From Takakia lepidozioides (Eukaryota; Plantae; Bryophyta), in contig CM060734.1 in assembly GCA_030704615.1 (NCBI GenBank), positions 41,478,001 through 41,542,000 of the forward strand: a stretch of 64,000 nt of DNA, given 5' to 3'. Under the pieces are notes generated by a model. The model saw nothing but the letters and a program-made list of their open reading frames with translations, ran no database searches and was not told the origin of the DNA. Numbering within the stretch: position 1 is the stretch's first letter; every line of letters begins with the position of its first letter. Positions 36,921 through 48,060 of the stretch are shown here, piece by piece. The position numbers and the translations under genes are program-made.

Positions 36921-38419
36921 CCTCAAACCTGTAGATACCACTGCCAGGTTTGGTCAATCCTGCCATCGACATTCGGAAGGTGACATGGCGCACAATTACG
37001 CATATGGTCCTTCCAAGTTATGCTATCCCGACCCTCCAAGACCAAGACGCCTGAGGGCAAGACCTCTCGAACCCTCAAAATAACACGTCCTGCAGTCACA
37101 TCCAGGGTCGTAGGAGCAGTCTGCTGCAGATAGACATAGTCACCAGGGTTGAATCTCCGAACCCCAGGACGATAGCCCCCACCACGTATGGTAGCATACC
37201 TCAACGTATCACGGTGTTGTGCAATGGCAAGGTTCTCGAAAGCCATGGGCATGACTCTCTTGAACAACTCTGCACGCTGCTCCCATGCCCGTGCCCACAC
37301 GTCCGGATCGTTAAGGTTAAGAACTATAGCAGCTTCTCTGCGAATGATGTAGGCAAATCCAGCTCTCGGCCAAAGAGAAGAAAGTATGGTGAGAAGGAGA
37401 CAAGTGATGCTTGCTTGCTGAACATGTAGCCCATGGCTAACCAGGATAACTGAAGGTCCTAATCTCCTAGGTGTCCCTTCTGCAAGCCATACTTGCGCAA
37501 ACCCCTCTTTACTGTCTGAACAACTCTCTCTGCCAAGCCATCAGCTCCAGGATGATCCTGCGAAGTGGTGCGGTGGGTATCAAGGCCTTGTCACACAAAG
37601 CCTGAAACTCCCCCAAGAACTCTACCCTTGGTCCGTGAGTACCTCAGTGGAGCACCGAATCGGCTAAGCACACAATCCAAGAATGCATACGCAGCTCCCT
37701 CACTAGCCTTATCAGGCAATGGAACCAACTCAATCCACTTGGAGAAGTGCTCACCATCACCAACACGTACTTGTTGTGGTGCATGGTCAGTGGCAGCGGC
37801 CCGCGAAGTCAAGACTCCACCTTAGCCCAATCCCATGATCGGAAAAGGTGTGCAATTGTGGAGTAGGGGCGTTGAATGAAGCACGCACCCTGTCACACAC
37901 CATGCACCTAACCACAAAAATTGTTGCACCTCTGTGTGCATACCACGCCACCAATACTGCCCCTGCAGTAGACTATGAGTGCGTCGCACCCCAAAATGCC
38001 CAACTCCTCATGGGCATGCCGCACTAACCGTGCCCGCTGTGGTGGGGTGAGGCACAATCCTCACTCGACCACCTCCCACACTGGGAGCAGGTGTGTCCCC
38101 TCCCACTTGAACCTCTTGGCTCGTTGTAGGATCCGATCCTCTCCTTGGCAGTCATAGTGGCTGGCCGTGTCTCCAGTGCGGAGGTAGTCCAACACAACTG
38201 AATCCTCAAGTATATCTTTGGCGCCACCTTGCTCATTGCTGGCCTCGGGGTCCTCAGACACTTGATCTACAGTCCTCCCTGTTGTCGGTCCAAACTGGCC
38301 TTCCGCTGCAAGATACACAGAAATGCAGATGCATGCCATCCGCGGCACCATCTCCTCGTCCGTCTCACCATGCCACCGAGCTCCAGTGTCATCCTGTTGG
38401 CTCCTGCATGGATTGCGAC

Positions 38420-39742
38420 TCAATCCATCCGCATCCCGATTGACCAAACCCGGTCGATGCACAACCTGAAAGTCATACTCCTGGAGTATGAGTGCCCACC
38501 GTGCAAGCTTCCCCGAAGCTTGTCTGACTCCATCAACCACTTGAGTGGTTGGTGATCCGTGACAAGGATGAAAAGATTGCCGTATAGATAGCACCTGAAG
38601 TGTGCCACGGCCCACACTGCAGCTAAGCACTCTCCCTCATATGAGCTGTACTTAGCCTCTGCAGCGTTGTTCGAGCGGCTAGCATAAGCCACTACGAACT
38701 CTCTTCCCTCATCATCCACCTGTGTGAGCACCGCTCTAAGCCCCAGCATGCTCCAATCCGTATACAGCTGAAAGGGACGCCCCCTGATAGGTCGTCTCAG
38801 GATAGGCGCCGAGGTCAACCTCGCCTTGAGCTCTTGAAAAGCTCGTTCCTGCTCATCTTCCCACTGCCACTCCTGGTCCACCTTGGTCAGCTTGGTTAGA
38901 GCCTTTGCAATGGTACTAAATCCCTTGATAAACCGTCTATAATAGTTTGCCAACCCCATGAAAGCTCGAACTCGGCTCACATCCGTGGGGCGTGGAATTG
39001 TGCAATGGCCTCTACCTTAGTCTGCTGTACCCCCAATCCTCCAGGATATATCATGTGACCCAGATACTCAATCTGGTTGTGGAAAAACTTGCACTTTCCC
39101 GGATGTAACTTCAATCCGTGCGCCCTCAAGCGCTCAAATACCCCCTGAAGGTGTCTCTCATGCTCCTCCACCGTAACACTAAAGATGATCATGTCATCTA
39201 TGTAGCACCGAGCAAACTCCACCCCTGCTAGAATCCTGTCCATGACTCTTTGAAACTCAGCGGGAGCGTTTTTAAGCCCAAATGGTAAGAACCGCCACTG
39301 GTATAGGCAATCCTTCCCGTGCTCATTGATCCCCCAGAATGCCGTCTTTTGCTTATCCGCCTCCTTGATCGGCAACTGGTGATATCCGGATCATAAATCC
39401 AACGTGCTAAAGACCTTACCATGCCCGATGGCATCAAAGATCTCCTCTGGTGTCGGCATGGCATACCTATCGGACTTGGTGTGACGATTTACAGGCCGGT
39501 AATCACCGCACATACGTCTCTCCGTCCAATTGCCATAGATCCTTCTTGGCTGGCATCACTGTGGCTGAAGCATACTCTCCACCAGAGAGCTCCACCAAAC
39601 CTGCCTCCCAGAGATCTTGAGTCCTCATCTGAATCAAAGACCTCTCCATGTCATTGTATCTATAGGGTCTCCGAAAGATTGGTGTGTCAGTGGCCAACTC
39701 AATACGGATCTCTTGACCCTTCAGTGCTCCTAAGTCCTTCAA
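38420..39742 (-). pseudogene. Gypsy RT + RNase H, copy B (frameshifted)
   Basis: ORFs 39503..39742, 38977..39375 and 38420..38980 are collinear with and near-identical to copy A. Confidence 0.9.
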
Positions 39743-39901
39743 ATTGAAGGCAAAGCAATTCCTGTAAGCCCTCAGGAACGGCCGTATACGTCGTCTCTCT
39801 CCTCCGGTGACAATGGGTCCAATGTCAGGCTCCCAATTGTCCTCCGTAACTGCAACCTTAAGTCCAGTGGGCTTAGAGGTAGAGGACGCGTCCCGTGGTT
39901 G

Positions 39902-41281
39902 CTATGCTACAATTTCTTGAGCAGTACTCCCTTCCTGCTCAGTCAATGACAAGGCCTCATCCTGCCCCATCATCTCATCATTGAGAACCTCCTCAACCCG
40001 AGAAGAATCCCCAACCTCATCCATCACAGTTGCCTTGGCTGCCAACTCCCTCTGAACCTCGAGCACCTCCCACGTGTGCCATGGATGTCTACACCCCGTG
40101 GTCCTCACCGGCTCGCCCCCACTCGCTGTCTGTACCATCTCGGTAGGCAGAGAGACCATGAAGGGGAGTGCATTCCGCACTCTACGTTGCTCAGCCATAG
40201 CCAAGCCGATAATCCAGGTCAAGCAATTGAGATCCATTGCTTGCCCCAACACCTGACGCCGTGATGTCTCAGAAAGAGAAGGCACCGCCGTGGTCCCAGT
40301 GGAAAACCCCATAGCCCGCTCTCGCTCGTCAGCATTAGGCTCCACTAACTGCTGCAACTGAGCATCCCACAGGAGGCCAGGTCCACCATCCTGAAAAGCA
40401 TGGGATCCTGGGAAGCTGAGCAGTGTAGGTAATGCTGCTTGTGGTTGACCCTCCCTGTTGACCACTGCCAAAGGCGAACGGTCAACGTGTCTCACACGTT
40501 GAGACTGCCTCCCTGTGTCCAAAATGCCATCCACGGTGAGGTGTGCTGGCCGCTGCACCCCATCAAATGCACGCTTGAGTAGTGCGGGTGGCATCAAGTT
40601 AGTCCACCAAAGCCGTGGACGATGAGCCCGTGACCCCACTGCGGCTGCATCCAACAACACTGCTGACCCAAGCCACGACCGGACTTGATGTACACTGGCC
40701 ATCACCCTGGCCCGAGAATCACCCATCAGTGGCACATTCTCCAAGATGTATGCTAGAGATACAGCTTGATGAAGCTGCAAGTAGCGCAAAATCCGCACCA
40801 TCTCCCAAAACAGACCCGTCCTCGAGTCTCGCAATCCATTGCCATACCCGGCTGATGAATGCCCTTGGCAGGGCCAACCTGCCACTACCAGATCAATGGA
40901 GCCAACCTGCTCCAAATCATGCGCCCCCAGCAAGGAAATGTCTGCTAGCAAGGCTTGTTGGTATCCACGAACTGCAAACACTGGCAACAAGTCAGGGTAT
41001 TGTTGTACCAACTGAGCAACATGGCGCAGTGAGACGCGTCGTGCAGTCTCATCCCTCTCCACATACAGGTAACGTCGAACTTGTACACCTGCCTGCAGCA
41101 CTGCAGCCAATCCAGTGCTGATCCCGCCAAACAAGTCCAGAAGGCATATGCCTTCATCCGGGCACTGCCACACAAGAGGTGTGGTGTCCAATGCAACAAC
41201 TGGGGTGGTCCTGGTGCAATCACCGCACTCTCCTCCTCTCCTGACGGTACGAAAGCTTCTACCCAAGCTTGTTGCACCCAT
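39902..41281 (-). CDS. Dnmt3-like cytosine-5 DNA methyltransferase domain, copy B (uninterrupted, ~40200-41150)
   Basis: Motif I LDLFGG, II VE, IV GWPCQ (catalytic Cys codon 40868-40870), VI ENV, VIII AHRPRLWWTN, IX ERERAMGF and X LGQAMD, all in one frame. Confidence 0.93.
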   Translation of the reverse strand: MGATSLGRSFRTVRRGGECGDCTRTTPVVALDTTPLVWQCPDEGICLLDLFGGISTGLAAVLQAGVQVRRYLYVERDETARRVSLRHVAQLVQQYPDLLPVFAVRGYQQALLADISLLGAHDLEQVGSIDLVVAGWPCQGHSSAGYGNGLRDSRTGLFWEMVRILRYLQLHQAVSLAYILENVPLMGDSRARVMASVHQVRSWLGSAVLLDAAAVGSRAHRPRLWWTNLMPPALLKRAFDGVQRPAHLTVDGILDTGRQSQRVRHVDRSPLAVVNREGQPQAALPTLLSFPGSHAFQDGGPGLLWDAQLQQLVEPNADERERAMGFSTGTTAVPSLSETSRRQVLGQAMDLNCLTWIIGLAMAEQRRVRNALPFMVSLPTEMVQTASGGEPVRTTGCRHPWHTWEVLEVQRELAAKATVMDEVGDSSRVEEVLNDEMMGQDEALSLTEQEGSTAQEIVA

Positions 41282-41292
41282 CCATCAGCAGC

Positions 41293-42369
41293 CTACTGCA
41301 AATCCTTGCTCCTACCCCACAATGGAGTGTGAGCAACCATGGCAGGCAACTCCGCCATACCATGCATGTCATCTTGCTCTGCTGGAGGTGGCACATCCTT
41401 TGCATGGGCATTGCCCTCCAACAACTCTCCAGGCCAACTAACTGCAGCTGTAAAGGCGGCTAGTGTTGGCATCTTGCCCCGCTGGGCAGCCGCTATACCC
41501 CCAATGAATGTCATAGGGAGCTGTGCACGGCGACCATCGCCTGACTGCCATCCAGGCCTGTAGGATGCTGACTCCTCCCAAAAGTCCAGGGTGAAGCCCA
41601 TGGGATATAACACTGCCCCACCAACGAAGACATCGTAAGAGATCGCGTCTGTCACAATGGCCTTGGTTCACATCACTAAGCCATCTCTAGGATGATCCGG
41701 CTGCAGTCTAATGGCCAACTGATGTCGTGTCATGCCCCGAGCCTGCTCTGATCCTCCCAGAGATGTCTGTATCTGGAAAGGACAAGGCTCTATATCCGCC
41801 TCCATGAGGCCCAAACCTGCAATAGCAGCTCTGCCTAACATCAGTGGCTGAGCTCCCGAGTCCAACAAGACCCGCAGTGGCCGGTACTTCTTGCCTGCCG
41901 GTCCACACAAAGTGAAAATGCCTCCCTGGTTGTCTAACAAGACAACTCCAGGTGTCACCATGGCGCGCTCAAAGGCTGGCCTAGCTGGCAGCTCCGTCAA
42001 CCTGGCAGCTACAGCTTGTCATGGCGCAGCCATGGCAGTCTGGACCCTCAAATCCGAGGAACCCTCTGCCACTATACCTTCCACTAACTCCGCAGAAGAT
42101 GAAGGGACCTCCCCACTCTCACAGAGTGTTGCTGCTAGTCTGAACACTGCAGCTGGTCTTACCCCCGGCGTCGCAATCATGGTTGCTGAGAATAGTGGGG
42201 CTTGATACACAGAGGTGGCTGCCCCCAACAACACACCGGCTGCACTAGCCTTGGCAGCAGGTGTCAGTGCTGCACGTGTAGCTCTCCCCAATGGCATAGT
42301 AACCTCCGCCTCGGTAACAGTCGGGCGAGAACTAGGTGCCATGGATGGCGTCGACACAGTCTCCGCCAA
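41293..42369 (-). pseudogene. Gypsy protease region, copy B
   Basis: RVLLDSGAQPLMLG and YDVFVGG, split by frameshifts. Confidence 0.85.
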
Positions 42370-42414
42370 TGTGAATGACTGAGGAAGCCTCGCCTGACGG
42401 GTTGCCTCCCCACG

Positions 42415-43991
42415 CTATGGATCCAATTTCACCTCTGCACCTCGTGGCTCAGGAATTCGTGATGCTCCTCGAGTCACGGCTGCAGCAGACTCCACCTGCT
42501 CTAGTGGTAGCGCTGCTCCGCACATGAATCCCATTCCTCCCATATCTCCTCCCTCAGGAGCAGGAGGTGGACCACCCCGCCTGGGAGCCGGTACTGCCTG
42601 AGCTATAGCCATGGCAGCGAGCCTCTACTCTAGCTGCTGAAGCCGGTTGGCCATGCCTTGGTCAACACCCTGACCTCCGCGTCCTTGGCCATGTTGAGCT
42701 TGCCCTTGGCCTGCACCTCATGCCCGACCACTTCGTCCTCTCTGCGTTGGTCCACCTCGCCCCCGGCCACCATTGTTCCCTTGGAACTGGCCTGGGCGCA
42801 ACTCAGGATGCAAGTCATAACACTGGGCATCTCCATGCCCATACTTGCCACAATGCCCACACTGCAACTGTGCAGGCTGTACTTGTGCCGGCCTTTTGCC
42901 ACTCTCTGGGCAATCTCTTTTGACATGGGGTCCTCCACATGTCCAACATATCACCCCTGGTTGTTGTTGGCCTGCAAAAGATGCCATGGGCCTCTGCACC
43001 TGAGGTCCCCTGTAAGCTCCATGGAACTTGGGTTGGGAAACCTTGCCCCCCTGACCACGCTGTTGGGCAGTCCCTTGTGCCTGTGGGCTGGCAGCTGCGC
43101 CTCGTGCAGGCATGTCCTTGCCAAATCCAATGGTAACAACTCGCTCCTCCACCATGTTGAGCTCAATCCGCTCAGCCAGCAGAAACACATCTGCTAATGT
43201 GGGTTGGGCTGCTTGTCACGCCTCATACGAGTGTACGCCTCTCGCAGGCTCTCATTGGGTTTGCGTTGGAAGTCTTGCAAACTTCGCAGCTTCTCTGTCC
43301 GTACACCTTGGTAGTTCCTCCGCAACTCCTGGAAGAACTCCACCACTGGGTTGAATCTAGGCACATGTGTTGTAGTCGTGGCAGGAGGAGTAGTAGCACC
43401 TTTTGAACTGGTACCACCTGCAGAAGTACCGGCACTACTTGTTCCACTACTAGTGCTGGCAGTAGGAGATATTGGTACTGATGCAGCTATTGGTCGCGTC
43501 GTGCCTCGAGTAATGGAGACGTAGTCAGGTGACCAATACATCCTCCACTCCTCAATTTCTGCTTCATGTCCTCGCCTGAACTCGTGGTAATCGTCCATAG
43601 GCGGGCCTTCCAAATGCTGGAACAGTCCCTTCCACGCCATGAATGGGGTGAATAGCTGTGGATTGCGCATCTGCTGCAAATCACACCAGCTGTCGAACTC
43701 CTGGATAAAGTCATCCAACTCGATTGTGCCCACAGCTCCAGAGTACCTACGAGGCCCCTTGGTAGCTCCATACATCTCCTCCATGTCGTCCCACAACAAT
43801 GGCGAATGAAACTGCACACATGTTGATGAAGCCTCCGAGTCTGTGTCTGACCCTTCAGTAGTTGAGGGTGGCGGTGAAGGTGGTCTGAACCGAATACCTC
43901 GTCTTGTGAACCCACTCTCACTGTTACTGCCTGTAGCCGTACTCCCCTCAAAACCCTTGGGTAACTCCGTGATGACACTCACAATGTGCAC
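42415..43991 (-). pseudogene. Gypsy Gag (capsid-like + two zinc knuckles), copy B
   Basis: YSG...ELDDFIQEFDSWC, FQRKPNESLREAYTRMRR (major-homology-like), and two CxxC..H..C knuckles. Internal deletion near 43200. Confidence 0.8.
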
Positions 43992-44237
43992 CTCCTCCTG
44001 ACACTATAAGGCTTTAGTACTAATCTAATAGTGACACGGGTGGGCACCTGTTGCAGTTTAAGGGTCATATCCCAATGGCTCGGGGCACCTGCACCTGCAT
44101 CCACCGCAAGAACTCCTATGGTTGGCTGGTCATCAACCCAGCCTCACCATAGAAGAAACACTGGTGGTCTTGCTGGTCATCACTCCAGCCTCACCACCGA
44201 CAACATACTCTAGGATTGACCGGTGATCAAATCCGGC

Positions 44238-45266
44238 CTAATCCCTATGAAAGCAAGCGCCCACACAAAACCAACATGGCGCATAGTCAAGCATGCAGGT
44301 GTTGGGGGGGATCCAAACACAAGAAATCAAAACATCAACACCCCCACACCAAAATCCGGCTGCAATGCTGATCCTGCAGAATAGCCCAGCCCAAAACCCC
44401 GGACTGACTGGCCTCCACCAAGAGAGGCTTTGGCAACTACAAGTACAAGGTAGTGAAAATAGTACAGACATGGAGGGGAAGAATAGAAGTCCGACCAAGC
44501 AAGATCTAGTCCTGATCTATGCTATCAACTGCCAGACTTCTCTCAAAGTGCCTCGCTCTGCATGATGGTAAGGTGTAGGAGGTATATCTATGTCCAGAAA
44601 CCTACCACTAACCTTATCCCAAGCTACAGTAGCTCGCTCTAACCAACCCTCCTCCTCTTTCTGCCAGGTAGACACAAAGCAATACTTCTCTATCTCCCGC
44701 TCACTAAACACTAAAGAAAACAAGGGTAGGGTCTGATAGTCTCTCAACTCGAAAGCTTTGAGACGGTTGCGGGTGTCCTCATTGCGAATGACTGCATCTC
44801 CTTCACGCAGGACAAACATGTCATTGCTAATGAACCCCCGCTCGTGGTTGCCTTGTGCAGAGTATGTCCGGCTGCAACCATGTCTGATTGCACAAACTTG
44901 TGCAGCTCCTGCTCCTCTGCTCCAGTACACCACGGCCTTGTGGCTGAACACCTTGGTTCCCGGGGCTGTCTTTGGCTGTGTTCCAAGCCTAGCTTTCACC
45001 CACTTTGGTATTTCACCTACAGCTGCAGAACTGCTGGCTCCAACAGAGTTCTGACTGTCCAAAGCGATATTGAGGCCCTCAACGCCAACTACAGCAGACT
45101 GTTGTCTACTGCTAGTGCCTGACTCCCAGTATGCAATCAACTCGTCCAACTGTTCTCCACTCAAATCAGTCTGAGTTCCTTGGGAAACATAAATCTTGTC
45201 CCCTTGTGTGCACAGGCTAAGAGACGAGACCTGCCCTTCAATTACGTCCTCATTTCCCCCAGCCAT
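44238..45266 (-). CDS. Extra ORF upstream of gag, unknown function
   Basis: ATG at 45266 is open for 249 aa to TAG at 44517-44519. The same frame continues (ORF 44238..44498) into a Cys/Trp-rich hydrophobic segment. Confidence 0.5.
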
Positions 45267-46727
45267 ACAAGGAGGACATCCACATATTTGTCTCTCATAT
45301 AGACCAGAACAAGTTCTGAACACAGAATTGTGGACCTTTCATAGCACACTCACACTCTAAAAATTCCATAGATTTTTAGCAGAGTCCCAAAAACAAAAAA
45401 TCAGGTCTAGATAGGTAGATATCCCATTTCTGCAGCTATCCCCCCAAAAACTGGGTCAAACAGAGTCCATTTGACAAAGATATGACCAATTAGGCTCTAA
45501 ATCCTTTAAATTAGATCAAAAGATTTTTATTTATTTATTTATTTTTAACACCCAAACGTTCTCGCCATTACAACCTGTTCCCAGGTTATCTATGGGTTCC
45601 CGAGGCCGTTCCCCGACTATGCTGACTCCGGGTCTTTGCTCTCACGGGGCTTCATGTTCGCCATCGCCCAGGGAGAGAAGCAAGGCGGACGCAGACGAGG
45701 GCAGCGATGGCCAAGCCTGTGCGAGCAAGCAGGAACAAGGAGGTGGTGTGGGGTGTTGGCCGATTCGGCCGATCAAAGACCTGATCAAAGGGTTGCGCAT
45801 GAGCAGCTTGCATGCTCGTCAATCTCCAAAGCCATGCAGCAGAGATGCCTGCTCCTGGTTCTGCTCAGCCCTTCCCAGCCCTTGCTCTCAAAGGTTGTCC
45901 ATTCAACCTCTCTCAAGCTGACCCCAAGTCTATCTGCATCACTCCCATGATTTACAGGCGACTTCCCTCCCCTTCCTTTATTGTCACGGCAAATGACGGC
46001 ATCAATATGGAATCCTTATGGATAACTGCAAATGACATTGACATCTTCATGGCGAAAAATCCAATTGACAACAGCCCAATCCCTACTTTCCGCACTAAGA
46101 TTGACAATTTCGAGCACGGCTTGCACATCTGTCTCTTCACCCTCATGCTGGGATCACATGGGGGGCTTTCATTGAAGACTGTCCAGGCCTTGGCTCCAAT
46201 TTGTCCCCGTCAACAAAGATTCTTGCCATTATGGACGAGAAGGATCTGCTGCTACCAGGGCACTCTTCCAAGGGTGAGTGGATTCACTTCGCTTCCCTGC
46301 AGCTGGACGCAGTCCATTTATTCATCGGCCTTCTGCTCATCTCACTGCGATGAACTTATCCATACGGGTGTCTCCACAATCAAGCGCAGCCTGCGACTCG
46401 AGACTGGTATTCATGTGACTCGGCTGCCTCCCCCTCGAATCACGGAAGTGTTTCTTCTATCTTCTCTCTTTCTTTTTCACTGTTCCTTTCTCTTTCTCTT
46501 GCTCTTTCCCCCCCGAACCTACCTGCCCCCTTCGAGCTGCCAGCGGCGGACAACTCCATAGTCATAAGAATGTGCGACATCTCCCACAAGGTTTTGCCAT
46601 TCTTCATGTTATCTGCAGCAAAATCGCCCCAATGGAGAAAACCAAACACTCAGGCATGGAACTCATCACCTGCAAGAATCCCAGCATATACACGCAGTGG
46701 TGTAATAAGCCCCCGACACAGGTGCTA

Positions 46728-47009
<282 letters not shown>

Positions 47010-47084
47010 TTATAATAGTGCTTAAAAAAACAAAAACATCATATCTAGCTTAGCACTAGAAAACTAGATAGAGAGCTCATCTCT

Positions 47085-47390
47085 CTCGAGTGATAAGAAA
47101 ACCAAAGAACACACTGTTGACACAAAACATGAAAACCAAAACCATCACTCTTTGAAATAGTAGTCGAGCCAGGGGCACCCCAAGCTATGGGGACTCCACC
47201 CCACAACAACCTACACTCCCATCATGAGTACACTCAGATCTAAACGCATGCAGGAGCTCGGTCGCGCAGGCTCAACTGAGAGAGATGAGCTGCGCGACTG
47301 CCGCTCTCGTGAAGATAAGACGGTTCAGGTGTCAAACTAGACTTGACACCTGACTTAACACTGGACCTAAATCCAAGTGTTAAGTACAAA
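47085..47390. repeat. Dispersed hairpin-rich repeat, copy 2
   Basis: Stems at 47261-47298, 47325-47353 (TCAGGTGTCAA/TTGACACCTGA) and 47354-47384. Confidence 0.6.
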
Positions 47391-47544
47391 TAACTAGTTT
47401 TATTCTAGTCGTTTTCACACTGTGCTTATTTAACTTGACATCTCGTCTAGTTGATGTTGATGACTCATTGAGTCAAGGACCCATTCAAATCTGGGGTGGA
47501 AAGAAGCCCCGTGTGCCTCCAACGGTGTCTGAGAAAAAAACAAG

Positions 47545-47641
47545 TGGTCTCAGCAGCGCAGATGGTCTCAATGGAGCCGCATGCGCAGGTGGTCTCAGCA
47601 GCGCAAGTGGTCTCAATGGAGCCACATGCGCAGGTGGTCTC
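47545..47641. repeat. ~45-bp tandem duplication
   Basis: GGTCTCAGCAGCGCA..TGGTCTCAATGGAGCC.CATGCGCAGGT, two copies plus a partial. Confidence 0.75.
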
Positions 47642-48060
47642 CTAATACTACTAGCACGTTGCAGCCCATGGATGCTGGCATAATAAAGTCATTCAAAGCC
47701 CAATATCGCAAAGACCTTATTGGCCACAAAATTCACTGTCTTACGACGAATGCGGATCTGAAATTGATGTATATCAAGATGTGAAAATGGTGAAGAAAGT
47801 ATGGCAGGTGCACATTACTTCAAAAACTCCACGGCAGTGATTCGAATCTGCGTAGCTATGTTGACATTTGGATGTGAGAGCAACAATTATTTTTTCTTTA
47901 TGTTTTTTCTTTTTAGAGAGTCTGCGTGTAGCAAGCGTTCGATTCAGTTCTAGCCTGAAAAAAAAGACCCGTTTTGTCCATATTACAAACATCAGTAGGA
48001 TGGTACCTTGACACAATGTCCTTGATTTCTTGAATGCAAGCTGCAGTTTCGAGAGAAGTA
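47640..48060. mobile_element. pogo/Tigger (DDE_1) transposase fragments in opposite orientations
   Basis: + strand: PNTTSTLQPMDAGIIKSFKAQYRK. - strand: YHPTDVCNMDKTGLFFRLE.NRTLA..RLS.KK.KEKIIVALT. Confidence 0.75.

Larger units (their letters stand above)
36418..45570 (-). mobile_element. Ty3/Gypsy LTR retrotransposon encoding a C5-DNA methyltransferase and PHD finger, copy B
   Basis: Extra ORF (44238-45266), gag (43194-43991; zinc knuckles CWTCGGPHVKRDC and CGHCGKYGHGDAQC at 42718-43188), protease (41293-42000), DNMT (39902-41281), RT (38977-39742), RNase H (38420-38980), integrase (~37000-38050), PHD (36788-36920), PPT (~36526-36536), truncated 3' LTR (~36418-36521). No 5' LTR seen. Possible PBS TGGCGAGAACGTT at 45555-45567. 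Confidence 0.95.

Noticed and set aside
39902-41281. MTase as a bacterial restriction-modification gene or a host DRM/CMT/MET1 gene
   Set aside because: It is intronless, sits at the same position between protease and RT in both copies, has no cognate nuclease, and shows neither BAH/chromo/UBA domains nor the DRM motif permutation.
45555-45572. TGGCGAGAACGTT as a definite primer-binding site with an adjacent 5' LTR
   Set aside because: I could not match it to a specific tRNA 3' end, and the adjacent sequence does not match the 28315-28836 LTR. Kept only as tentative.
45812-46561. 249-aa plus-strand ORF
   Set aside because: No recognisable domain, and it runs through low-complexity CT-rich sequence. 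Probably a chance ORF over mixed fragments.
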